Origin: Lachnospiraceae bacterium
Lineage (GTDB): Bacteria > Bacillota > Clostridia > Lachnospirales > Lachnospiraceae
Length of the DNA: 64,000 nucleotides
Assembly (NCBI GenBank): GCA_045593825.1
Contig: JAZNXI010000177.1
Coordinates: 13,280-77,279, forward strand
Direction of reading: 5' to 3'
Below the pieces are notes generated by a model that ran no database searches, was not told the DNA's origin, and saw only the letters and a program-made list of their open reading frames with translations. A program made the position numbers and the translations under genes. This document shows, one piece after another, positions 54,659 through 63,548 of the stretch (position 1 is its first letter; every line of letters starts with the position of its first letter).

Positions 54659-56173
54659 TTATGCCTGTACTACCTTATTCAGCTGTTCGGAAAGCTCCTT
54701 AATCTGTAACACCACATTTGCCAGACTCTCCGTTCCGGCGCTGTTTTCCTGTGTAGCTGCGGACACTTGCTCCACGGCTCTGCAATTTTCCTGGGTATTA
54801 CTGCTGATTTGCTGCATACGTTCTGCCACTTCGTTACTCTTTTCCCGGATAATTTCTGCCGCCTTGGCAATCTCGTGAATCTGACCAATCAACTCCTCAT
54901 TAGAAGAAGTAATCATTGTAGCAGAATCATTTGCTTTACTGATGCTTTCCATGCCGGCCTTGGCATTTTTTGCGTTGACTCCCATGGCAACAACCGCATC
55001 TTCTGTATTTCTTACCACCTCGGTAACAATGGCACCGATGTTTTCCACCGCCCGCTTGGTCTGTTCGGATAACTTCTGGATTTCCTCTGCCACCACGGCA
55101 AAGCCCCTGCCCTGCTCTCCGGCTCTTGCTGCCTCAATGGAAGCATTCAGCGCCAGAATATTGGTCTGGTTGGAAATTCCGGTGATAGTCTGCACAATAC
55201 CGATAATCTCCTTGGATTCCTCGCCCAGGGTACGTATGATTCCTTCGCAGTCTTCCGTACTCTTATTAATCTGCTCCATGTTCTCGGTGGCAGCATCCAT
55301 CAGCTCCTGATTTTCCTTTGTATTTTGTCCGATGCGGTCGGTCAACTGTGCCGTACGGTGATTCATTTCACTTAAGGTTGTAAGCTGCGTGGTAATATCC
55401 TGAATTCTCTCATCCGCATATTCCACCGCACCGGTGTTTTCCATGGAACCGGTGAGTAAACGCTCCGCTTCCTCGGCGATGCTCTGGTTTGCCTTTAAGG
55501 AGCTCTCTGAGATTTCCGAAAGCTGGGATACCGTGCTATACAACACAGCAGATGTTTTGGATGCATTATCCTTCATCAGCTTCATGCGGTCAAACATTTC
55601 CTTCTGCTCCTCCGCACCCATCAGATTGGATAGCATGGATGCGGTTCTGCTGCAAAGCATGGTAAAAATGGCAGCTACCGCAATAACCACCAGTGCTCTT
55701 GGAATCACACCAAAAATAATCATGCCGCGTACTTCCGTAAAATTGTCATCCAGTGTAGTTTCCATAAAGTAAGCCAACACCTGACCCACAGAAACGCCAA
55801 ATACCGTAAGTACGGTTGCAGTAATATTCAGCTTTTTGGAAAAGTATAAACTGGCGATGGCAATCGGATACACGTACATTGCCACCACATGCCAGGTTAA
55901 CGTAATGCTGAGTAATGTAATAAACACCGTAGCACAAAGTACATTGATGTACTTAATCACCCAATGCTCCAGCTTTAAGAAATTGCACAACAGCGTCGGA
56001 AGCAAAAGCAGAATACTTCCGCCAATATAGGCAAGCGTCATCACGTTCTGTTTTACCTCAAAAATACCGATAATGTTTAAGATAAAAATCAGTGTGAAAA
56101 TAACAAAGGATATTCTCATCACCTTTGCAACAATTAAGTTAGCTTCTTTTTCATTTTGCTTCAGTAAACTCAT
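54659..56173 (-). CDS. Methyl-accepting chemotaxis protein with polytopic (about 6 TM) membrane sensor
   Basis: The C-terminal signalling hairpin is [33 protein letters not shown]. It has no periplasmic domain and no HAMP that I can recognise. Confidence 0.88.
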   Translation of the reverse strand: MSLLKQNEKEANLIVAKVMRISFVIFTLIFILNIIGIFEVKQNVMTLAYIGGSILLLLPTLLCNFLKLEHWVIKYINVLCATVFITLLSITLTWHVVAMYVYPIAIASLYFSKKLNITATVLTVFGVSVGQVLAYFMETTLDDNFTEVRGMIIFGVIPRALVVIAVAAIFTMLCSRTASMLSNLMGAEEQKEMFDRMKLMKDNASKTSAVLYSTVSQLSEISESSLKANQSIAEEAERLLTGSMENTGAVEYADERIQDITTQLTTLSEMNHRTAQLTDRIGQNTKENQELMDAATENMEQINKSTEDCEGIIRTLGEESKEIIGIVQTITGISNQTNILALNASIEAARAGEQGRGFAVVAEEIQKLSEQTKRAVENIGAIVTEVVRNTEDAVVAMGVNAKNAKAGMESISKANDSATMITSSNEELIGQIHEIAKAAEIIREKSNEVAERMQQISSNTQENCRAVEQVSAATQENSAGTESLANVVLQIKELSEQLNKVVQA

Positions 56174-56196
56174 AAAACTCCTCCTTCGTTTTCTCT

Positions 56197-57492
56197 TTAT
56201 TGATTGAACTCTTTATGCACTGCTTCTACCTTATCCCGGATATCCAAAAAAACTTCCGCCAATACCGGGTCAAAGTCCTGCCCACTGCCCTCCTGGATAA
56301 TTTCAAAGCACTTACTAAGTGGCATAGCATCCCGGTAGCACCGCTTTTCCGACACCGCATCAAACACATCTGCGATGGCCATAATCCGTGCACACAACGG
56401 AATTTCCTTTCGTTTTAACCCCTCCGGATAGCCGCGGCCATTCCACTTTTCGTGGTGATATCTTGCCACCTGATAGGCCATCTTGGCATACTGCTCATTG
56501 CCCAAATGTCCGAAGGTATCCTGCACAATTCTTCCGCCATGCTCCGCATGCAGCTTCATCTGGGAAAACTCTTCTTCCGTAAGACGCCCCGGCTTTTGTA
56601 AAATCACATCCGGTACGGAAACCTTGCCGATATCATGCATTGGTGCCGCCAAATAAAGGTTTCTCACATAATCCTTGGTCAGCACTTCCCTGTAATAACC
56701 TCTGCGTCTCAGTTCTTCTGCCAGCAACCGCACATACATGGTGGTCCGCTTGATGTGACCTCCGGTACTGCCGTCCTTATTTTCCACCAGGGTTGCAAAG
56801 CCCATAGTCATTTCCTCGTGATATCTGGCAAGCTCCAGCACCGACGGATTTTCCTGATTGATATATACGCCCAGAATAATCATCGTCACGCACAGGCTGG
56901 AAACCAGTGCCTGGGGATGAAACATCTGGTACCCGGTAATTCCTGCCAGCAACAGCAGATAAGTAAATACGCTAATCCGCTTATGCCGCTCGATATAGCG
57001 CCATCTGCTGAAGAAAATCACAATACTTGCCAAAATATAAATGGCCGCCATGACAAAACAGGTATATGCCGATATTCCCATGGAGTAGTTGCTGACTTCT
57101 CCCTCGATATATTCCAAATTTGGTATGTTTGCGACAACCACAATCATGTTAATTATCAAAGGAATATACATCAAAAGGATGCCGCTTTTCTTTTTCGGCA
57201 GCCCCGCCGTAATGGAAAGCATATACACAAACAACCGGAAAATAAAGCAATCCAGTCCCACCAAAAAGCATAGGTGAAACAGCATATTTACCGTCCCGTT
57301 TACCTTGTCCAAATGGTTTACGGTATAAGCTGTCAATCCATCAAACAGCACGCTGAAAATTCCCACTGCCAGTAAGGCATCAAACATGGAAAGACTGTTT
57401 TTTCTCCCGTACCGCTTGCATTCTTTCACATAAACAAACAGGATATACAAGATTACAAACATACACCCGATTTGCAGTTTACAATGTTCCAA
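56197..57492 (-). CDS. HD-GYP domain c-di-GMP phosphodiesterase with polytopic (6-7 TM) N-terminal sensor
   Basis: Contains [24 protein letters not shown] and [10 protein letters not shown]. It has a TTG start 11 nt after AAAGGAGGA. Confidence 0.85.
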   Translation of the reverse strand: MEHCKLQIGCMFVILYILFVYVKECKRYGRKNSLSMFDALLAVGIFSVLFDGLTAYTVNHLDKVNGTVNMLFHLCFLVGLDCFIFRLFVYMLSITAGLPKKKSGILLMYIPLIINMIVVVANIPNLEYIEGEVSNYSMGISAYTCFVMAAIYILASIVIFFSRWRYIERHKRISVFTYLLLLAGITGYQMFHPQALVSSLCVTMIILGVYINQENPSVLELARYHEEMTMGFATLVENKDGSTGGHIKRTTMYVRLLAEELRRRGYYREVLTKDYVRNLYLAAPMHDIGKVSVPDVILQKPGRLTEEEFSQMKLHAEHGGRIVQDTFGHLGNEQYAKMAYQVARYHHEKWNGRGYPEGLKRKEIPLCARIMAIADVFDAVSEKRCYRDAMPLSKCFEIIQEGSGQDFDPVLAEVFLDIRDKVEAVHKEFNQ

Positions 57493-57631
57493 GTTCTATC
57501 ATTCCTCCTTTGTTCACCCAAACAAAAACAGAGCTAACAAACCTGCATTTTCTGCATAAGTTTATTGGCTCTGCGTCTATACGTCACTGCGTCTTTGCGT
57601 CTGGCTCTGATATTATTTAAAATTTTATTTT

Positions 57632-57660
57632 ATTATACGACTTTGGGGTCCTGTTTACAA
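57632..57660 (-). promoter_or_regulatory. Sigma-A promoter of the HD-GYP/MCP genes
   Basis: The minus strand reads TTGTAA, a 17-nt spacer, then TATAAT. Confidence 0.5.
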
Positions 57661-57666
57661 GCAAAC

Positions 57667-58104
57667 TTATATTTCTTTATACATAAAGAATATATACTCA
57701 TTCTCTGCAAATCCATTCTTCTTGTAAAACAACGGTGCAGGAGCATATTTGTTGGTGGACAGGGTAAGACCCGCCAAGCCCTTTTCTTTCACATAATCAT
57801 CCATTGCCCGAAGCAACATGGAACCATAGCCCTTTCGCTGTAAATCCGGCTTCACAAACATTTCTTCAATGAACACCTCACTGTTGTTCCACCATACCTT
57901 TTCATGGGCAAATATTCCACCAAGGACTACACCATCTTCCTCCAGTACATATCCCACAAACTTCTTCATGTCATAAAAGTCCGTCAGATATTCTATGGCT
58001 GTTTCCTTTTCCCAGCGGCACTGCCACATCTCATTGTTATAAACGCTGCACAGTATTTCTGCGCAGAATGTGATATCGTCCCGTTTCAATTCTCTTATGT
58101 TCAT
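57667..58104 (-). CDS. GNAT family N-acetyltransferase
   Basis: Motif A is FVKPDLQRKGYGSMLLRAMDDYV. Confidence 0.85.
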   Translation of the reverse strand: MNIRELKRDDITFCAEILCSVYNNEMWQCRWEKETAIEYLTDFYDMKKFVGYVLEEDGVVLGGIFAHEKVWWNNSEVFIEEMFVKPDLQRKGYGSMLLRAMDDYVKEKGLAGLTLSTNKYAPAPLFYKKNGFAENEYIFFMYKEI

Positions 58105-58125
58105 AATACTCCTTTTCGCAATTAT

Positions 58126-58872
58126 TTAAATTTCAGGTAATTTTAATCCATACAGTTTAAATGGATTGGTTTCCAGTTCTTTTTTATAAAGGCTTACTAC
58201 ATCCCAAATATCAAAAAACATGTATCTGCACGTTCCAATATATCCCTCTTTAATCAAACCTTTTTGGTAAGCCATATCTTGAATTGTATACCATGGTTTT
58301 ACCGGCGGTTTCCCGCACTCCACAAGCCATTCATCCGGTGGATACTTTTTACAAACTTCTTCCGTAGGCACAAATATATTGCTGATTTCTTTTGGTAAAA
58401 TATCCTCCACATAATGCATTGCAGTTAATTTGTAAATATCAACGCCAAGCAACAATGCTTTTCCGCCGTTATGTATAACATAATTCAGTCCACCTTTTGC
58501 CGCCTCACCACCATGCAAGCCCCAGCCCGAGGTTCTTATCACGCCTGTTCCTGTGATGACATCTGCCCTCCGCCTAAATGTATCTGCAATAATGCCCATT
58601 GCCGTTCTTGGCGCATTCTCCGGAAGTATTTTTATCTTCGTGGTAATCCCCATCGCTTTGTCTTCTTCCGTCAATTCCAATTCCGGACCAAAACATAAGG
58701 ACGGCATAAAAAGGCTTCCACTCTCCGTCACGCACTCCATAAGCGCCTCTATTACTGTCTCGGCTCCACCTTCGATGTAACCAAAGGCACTCAAGGAACT
58801 ATGTACTTCAAGTTCCATTCCCTCTTGAAGGCCTATTTTTTTCAGTTCTTTTACTAATTCTGCTTTGTTCAT
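58126..58872 (-). CDS. AAC(3)-family (Antibiotic_NAT) aminoglycoside N-acetyltransferase-like protein
   Basis: Contains LKKIGLQEGMELEVHSSLSAFGYIEGGAETVIEAL...GSLFMPS and ALLLGVDIYKLTAMHYVE, following the AAC(3) pattern. Confidence 0.65.
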   Translation of the reverse strand: MNKAELVKELKKIGLQEGMELEVHSSLSAFGYIEGGAETVIEALMECVTESGSLFMPSLCFGPELELTEEDKAMGITTKIKILPENAPRTAMGIIADTFRRRADVITGTGVIRTSGWGLHGGEAAKGGLNYVIHNGGKALLLGVDIYKLTAMHYVEDILPKEISNIFVPTEEVCKKYPPDEWLVECGKPPVKPWYTIQDMAYQKGLIKEGYIGTCRYMFFDIWDVVSLYKKELETNPFKLYGLKLPEI

Positions 58873-58915
58873 TTTTACTACCTACTTTTGTGAAACACAC
58901 TTTATTCAATGTCAT

Positions 58916-59362
58916 CTACAGCTTTCTGCAATAAATCCTGCTCATTTCGTTATAAACATCAATTCGGCTTTCTACGTAGGTGAAACCGTATTTCTCATAC
59001 AGTCCGATATGGTCAGTCGCCAAATACACCTTATCAAATCCCTGTTCTTTTGCCTTGTTGCAGGCATAATCAATAAGCATACCGCTATATCTGTGTCCAC
59101 GGTAGTCCGGTGATGTAAACACAAATCCAATCCACGGAAACAGGCTTTCATCATCCACGCAGTCCTTCTGTGTCAATGTACAGAATGCCACAACGTTTTC
59201 TTCCTCCGTCAAAAGGAACAGACTGCCCTCTCCGAGCATTTCATGAAATTTGTCCTGTTCCAGTAAATCAGCAAGAAGCTTAGCGGCTCCCCAGTCACAG
59301 GCACGGATTCTGTCAATCCATTGTTTTTGCTCGCTACTGTTATGTAAATCTAATAGTTGCAT
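58916..59362 (-). CDS. GNAT family N-acetyltransferase
   Basis: Motif A is FTSPDYRGHRYSGMLIDYACNKA. Confidence 0.85.
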   Translation of the reverse strand: MQLLDLHNSSEQKQWIDRIRACDWGAAKLLADLLEQDKFHEMLGEGSLFLLTEEENVVAFCTLTQKDCVDDESLFPWIGFVFTSPDYRGHRYSGMLIDYACNKAKEQGFDKVYLATDHIGLYEKYGFTYVESRIDVYNEMSRIYCRKL

Positions 59363-59365
59363 TTC

Positions 59366-60130
59366 CTATATACCAAACCAATAAAATGGCCTTTCCTTGA
59401 TTTTTTTGAACCCTACACTTTCAGCCAAACGAATAGAACCCGTATTGGATTCTACACAATCCCAATGAGGCACCAAATCACAGTTCCTGCACTGTTTTAC
59501 AAAAGCACTTGTCAGTGCTTTTGCAACTCCTCTTTTTCGATGTTCTTTTAAAACTTCAATATCAATCGGTACATATTTTTCATATCTTCCTGAACCAAAA
59601 ATAATACCTACGATTTCTTTATCCTTTACTGCTATGAAAGAAAGACTTTTTTTCAAAAAATCATCCAAAGAATTCCAACATTCCTCTAAGCGATTTGTAA
59701 GCATTCCTTCATTTGCATAGCCTTTCTGTAAGGTATGTTCTGTTACCGGCTCAACTAAATATCCACCCGGCACAGCAACTTCCTTATTTGGATTCTCATA
59801 TATCTCATAGGAATATTCTAATTCTTGTTCTATTTCCCTATTTTGAAATAAACACAACAATTGCTTCTGTAACATTGTATCTTCTGCGGAAAACTCGAAT
59901 TCATGAATATCCAATGCTTTTAAGTTGTTAAAGACCTTATCAAAAAAAGTTTTTGTTTTCTCGGTACTCTCTATTTTTCCAAACACACCGCAGCCACCTA
60001 CTGCATAGGAATATGTTACTGCCAGCATCTTATCATCGCTAATCCAGCATTCACCTTTACAGGTACCGGCTAAAATTCCGGACTGGCTTGGGTTTTTCAC
60101 ATCTCCCACAATGCACATTCGTTCTTTCAT
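59366..60130 (-). CDS. GNAT family N-acetyltransferase, ZmaR-like (GNAT_acetyltran type)
   Basis: 254 aa. The C-terminal GNAT has EVLKEHRKRGVAKALTSAFVKQC and ESNTGSIRLAESVGF. Confidence 0.65.
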   Translation of the reverse strand: MKERMCIVGDVKNPSQSGILAGTCKGECWISDDKMLAVTYSYAVGGCGVFGKIESTEKTKTFFDKVFNNLKALDIHEFEFSAEDTMLQKQLLCLFQNREIEQELEYSYEIYENPNKEVAVPGGYLVEPVTEHTLQKGYANEGMLTNRLEECWNSLDDFLKKSLSFIAVKDKEIVGIIFGSGRYEKYVPIDIEVLKEHRKRGVAKALTSAFVKQCRNCDLVPHWDCVESNTGSIRLAESVGFKKIKERPFYWFGI

Positions 60131-60187
60131 CAGTAGTCTCCTGCATTCTCACTAATCTTGCAAATCTTCCGTCAAATAAGGATTCAC

Positions 60188-60544
60188 TTAAATATAAATC
60201 CCTAAAAATGACGTTATTTTCCCATAAGTATACTCCCCCTCAATCAATCCAAACTCAGGGTCGTAATATTTATTGTCATATAGCAATGTCCAATGTGTGT
60301 AGCCTTCATTTGTATGCACAGTCAAAATTGAACATCTATATGGTGCGGGATTTTTCTTCGAGATACGAGTATTTCTTTCCGCGTGTTTTACACCATAAAA
60401 ATCTAATATCTCAATCAATTGTCCTATGCTTGTTGGTCCGCTTGTTTTCATATCTTTGATTACTTCTTCTATAGTTTTTCCTGTAATCATCGAAATACAT
60501 GCTTGACCGCAAGTTTCAGAAGTTGGTTGTAATACTAATTCCAT
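60188..60544 (-). CDS. Small stand-alone papain-like (C39-like) cysteine peptidase fold protein
   Basis: 118 aa. LQPTSETCGQACISMI fits the Q..x..CG..A pattern around the catalytic Cys. HWTLLYDNKYYDP fits the His / Asp region. Confidence 0.45.
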   Translation of the reverse strand: MELVLQPTSETCGQACISMITGKTIEEVIKDMKTSGPTSIGQLIEILDFYGVKHAERNTRISKKNPAPYRCSILTVHTNEGYTHWTLLYDNKYYDPEFGLIEGEYTYGKITSFLGIYI

Positions 60545-60548
60545 ACTT

Positions 60549-60881
60549 TTATACCCCTAATGTCTCCTTAAAAACCCGCTTCAGAATCTCCATCGGTATC
60601 TCCTGCTTTACATAAATTTGTAACATTCCCTTCGGCGTGATTTTATAATCTGTCAGTTCATCTGTATACTGCAGTACTGCCTGAGCCTCAATGTTAATAT
60701 GGTCCTTAAAAGGAATCAGTCTCACAAAAGTTCCACCGACATTATAGGTTGGCAGCTTCGCCCACATGGTTTCCTCCGGCTCACAAGGCGCACTATCACA
60801 AATCAACTGCCTTAACTTATGGAACATATCCACAATCTCATCCGGATATTTATTTAAATACTCTTTTACCTGCTCATTCAT
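60549..60881 (-). CDS. DUF1801 (YdhG-like) domain protein
   Basis: 110 aa. The pattern is YLNKYPDEIVDMFHKLRQLI...FVRLIPFKDHINI. It overlaps the upstream gene by 8 nt. Confidence 0.7.
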   Translation of the reverse strand: MNEQVKEYLNKYPDEIVDMFHKLRQLICDSAPCEPEETMWAKLPTYNVGGTFVRLIPFKDHINIEAQAVLQYTDELTDYKITPKGMLQIYVKQEIPMEILKRVFKETLGV

Positions 60882-61842
60882 TTTTCAAAACTCCTTCGTC
60901 AATTCTTCTGGTTACACTACACGTATACGGCTCAAAATACTTTGGCCAGAAATTCTGAGCTGTCGGATTAAAGCTTTCGTAATCCACGCCAAGGTACTGA
61001 TAGCCTTCCTTATGAAGAACTTCTACCGTATAATTGATAAGATTCTGATAAATCTGCCGTCCACGGTATTCCTGCAAACAATACGCTCCGCAAATATTTT
61101 TTACCGTTGGCAGCTCTGTTACAAAAGTTTCTGCTTCTTCACAAATTTCCAAAAATGCTACCGGCAACTCCTTATCCTTTGCCACAAAAATACGGTTGCC
61201 GTTGCTTTCCCGTTTTTGTAGCCATACTTCAAACTCATCCTCCGAAGTATACATAAAGCAGCTGCTTTCCCCCATATGGTCTTTTAGTTTCCGCCGTAAC
61301 TCACGCACCTGTTTTACTTCATCCAAAGACAGTTCCTCAAATATAAGCCCTGTTGTTGGTATCACTCCCTGAATTGGCTCCATTATCCGCATTGCATCGG
61401 AACAACGATGTCCGAAACCATTATGAAAAAACGAACTGATGGCTTCTGCATCATGGGCATATAAGGCAATTCCATGATACAAAACGCCTTGACTTACCAG
61501 TAATTCTGCCATCTTCTGATACAGCATTCCATAAATTCTTGCCCGGTTTTCTTTCACACAGCCATGGGCATGAATTGGCGTAAAGGTTCCTCTTGCATTG
61601 GAATCAAAGGCACCTTCCCAAGAATTGTAGCATCCAAGGAAACCAACCATAGTATCTCCGTCAAAGGCTGCCACACCGTAGTCATTTTGAGTGAAGCATT
61701 CTAACTCCGGCAGTTTTGTTACTTCCGGCAGGGCACTCACTCTATTACATTCTTCCTGATAATTTTCTAAAGCCAGTAGTTCTGCTTCTATCAGGTGTTT
61801 TTTTTCCAGTTTTACTATTTTTAAAATATCTGTTACCTCCAC
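60874..61842 (-). CDS. Two-domain GNAT family N-acetyltransferase (322 aa)
   Basis: The C-terminal motif A is LQEYRGRQIYQNLINYTVEVL. It has a GTG start with no clear RBS and is probably translationally coupled. Confidence 0.7.
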   Translation of the reverse strand: MEVTDILKIVKLEKKHLIEAELLALENYQEECNRVSALPEVTKLPELECFTQNDYGVAAFDGDTMVGFLGCYNSWEGAFDSNARGTFTPIHAHGCVKENRARIYGMLYQKMAELLVSQGVLYHGIALYAHDAEAISSFFHNGFGHRCSDAMRIMEPIQGVIPTTGLIFEELSLDEVKQVRELRRKLKDHMGESSCFMYTSEDEFEVWLQKRESNGNRIFVAKDKELPVAFLEICEEAETFVTELPTVKNICGAYCLQEYRGRQIYQNLINYTVEVLHKEGYQYLGVDYESFNPTAQNFWPKYFEPYTCSVTRRIDEGVLKNE

Positions 61843-61851
61843 AAGTTGAAA

Positions 61852-62316
61852 TTAACGCTTCTTATACAGTACCAATTCCGGGTCTGCCCCGTTTTCGCCA
61901 TAGGTACACACCAAAAGAAAATCCATTCCTGCCACGATGCCAAAGCACCGTCCACCATCCAATTCACATTCTAATTGATTACCAAGATAGATGCTGTTGT
62001 CATCCAAGAACTTCACTGCTTGTCCGCCCGGTAACGTATATTCCAAATTTACAAAGCTGCCATTCAGTGCATAGAGTTCTTTTACTTCCGGCATTCCCTC
62101 GATATGTAATTCGTTAAACTCAGCAATCAACTGCAGTTTAAATTCCTGATACTTTTCTTTTCCACCAATATTGATATAATTTGCAATAAAACACTGCTTC
62201 CCAAAAGGGCAACCCTTTGTTTCCACGCAGCCTTTACAAGTATCTTTCATCATGCATTCGGCGCAATTGGCACCACAGATTCCTTTATCCATATAATCAT
62301 TCTCCTTTGTCTCCAC
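61852..62316 (-). CDS. DUF3795-like Cys-rich protein
   Basis: The N-terminus is CGANCAECMMKDTCKGCVETKGCPFGKQC. It abuts the upstream gene with zero spacing. Confidence 0.6.
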   Translation of the reverse strand: METKENDYMDKGICGANCAECMMKDTCKGCVETKGCPFGKQCFIANYINIGGKEKYQEFKLQLIAEFNELHIEGMPEVKELYALNGSFVNLEYTLPGGQAVKFLDDNSIYLGNQLECELDGGRCFGIVAGMDFLLVCTYGENGADPELVLYKKR

Positions 62317-63321
62317 TTATTTTAGCATCGCCTTTACTTCCGCATAGGCACTTTTCCGGACCTCCGCATTCCGACATTTCTTCACATAAAATTTGCCGTC
62401 CTGCAAACCGGAGTACTGTAAATACAAGTCCTGCGAAACCATCGTTTCAAACAGGCGGTTTTCCTCATACTTCGGTGTAAAGATACGCTCTCCATATGCA
62501 TCAAGCAAATATGGGTAAGTCGTATACATACGCACTTCCACCCGCTTGTCAAGACTCTTGATCATCATCGGAAAGGTTCCGTAACAGCCGGATTCCACTA
62601 CAAAAATTTTCTGCTCCGTAATTTCTCCCAACATGGACTTCAAGCACAGCTCCACTTCCGGATAATTTTTCAGGGTATTTCTAATATCAGGTAATACTAC
62701 CTCACAAAAATCCTCGAAATTACTGCACTTTTCCTCCTCCAGCGCTTTTATGACAGAAGCCCTGATTTCATCATCCACACCGGTTTTTCCGGTCATCTGC
62801 TCCAGTGTTTTTCTGCCAATCAGCCAAGGATACACTGCAGTTCGTCTCTTTGTGCGATAATACACGTATGGCAGTAACGTATCCCTGAGAAGGAAAATAT
62901 ACGCCGTATTTTCTTCATAGCCAATCCATTCGCAAAATCGAAGCAGCTCCTGTAAAAACGGCACCTTGCAGGTTTCCTCAGCGTTTAAAGCTTTCTGCAA
63001 CAGCTCATCGATTGCCACTGTCAACTCCACTTCCGGCTCCTCATAGGCAACCTGTGATTCCTCCGCAGTTTTCCTGCATAACAGAAACGGTTCCGCACCG
63101 TTTTCCGTTAAGTAATTTCGCAGGCGTGACACGCCTTGGAATTTCTCTTCCAGCCACTCATTTAACTCTGTATAACCTTCATCCATCAGGTCATCCAGCA
63201 TTTTAAGAAGTTGCTTAGCATGATATATTCTTTCCGAAGTCACCGGTGATGCTTCCAACTGATTTAATTCTTTTTCATAATACTTCAAGCTGAACGAAAT
63301 AAATCCCACAATCTCCTCCAA
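62317..63321 (-). CDS. Hypothetical protein, 334 aa, no family recognised
   Basis: An uninterrupted ORF embedded in the co-directional array. It has no TM and no motif I can name. Confidence 0.55.
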   Translation of the reverse strand: MEEIVGFISFSLKYYEKELNQLEASPVTSERIYHAKQLLKMLDDLMDEGYTELNEWLEEKFQGVSRLRNYLTENGAEPFLLCRKTAEESQVAYEEPEVELTVAIDELLQKALNAEETCKVPFLQELLRFCEWIGYEENTAYIFLLRDTLLPYVYYRTKRRTAVYPWLIGRKTLEQMTGKTGVDDEIRASVIKALEEEKCSNFEDFCEVVLPDIRNTLKNYPEVELCLKSMLGEITEQKIFVVESGCYGTFPMMIKSLDKRVEVRMYTTYPYLLDAYGERIFTPKYEENRLFETMVSQDLYLQYSGLQDGKFYVKKCRNAEVRKSAYAEVKAMLK

Positions 63322-63323
63322 CG

Positions 63324-63524
63324 CTACCGTCCAAAAGGCCGGTTAAAAGAACCAATCTCTATCAGATTTCCTTCCGGGTCTGCAATATAACAGGTTCTTT
63401 GGCCCCAAGGCTCGGTCTCCGGTGCCAACACCGAAACTGCTCCCTTACGAATGGCATTCTCATATTCCTTGTCTACTTCTTCGAAAGTATCCACATACAG
63501 AGCAATTTCCGCATGGCCGTTCAA
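63324..63524 (-). pseudogene. Half-size VOC/glyoxalase-bleomycin-resistance family remnant (single beta-alpha-beta-beta-beta module)
   Basis: The 66 codons AEIALYVDTFEEVDKEYENAIRKGAVSVLAPETEPWGQRTCYIADPEGNLIEI match the C-terminal module of VOC proteins. It has a TTG start, and the in-frame stop of the upstream gene lies 8 codons before it. Confidence 0.45.
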
Positions 63525-63548
63525 TCCCTTAACATACTCGTACCTGCG

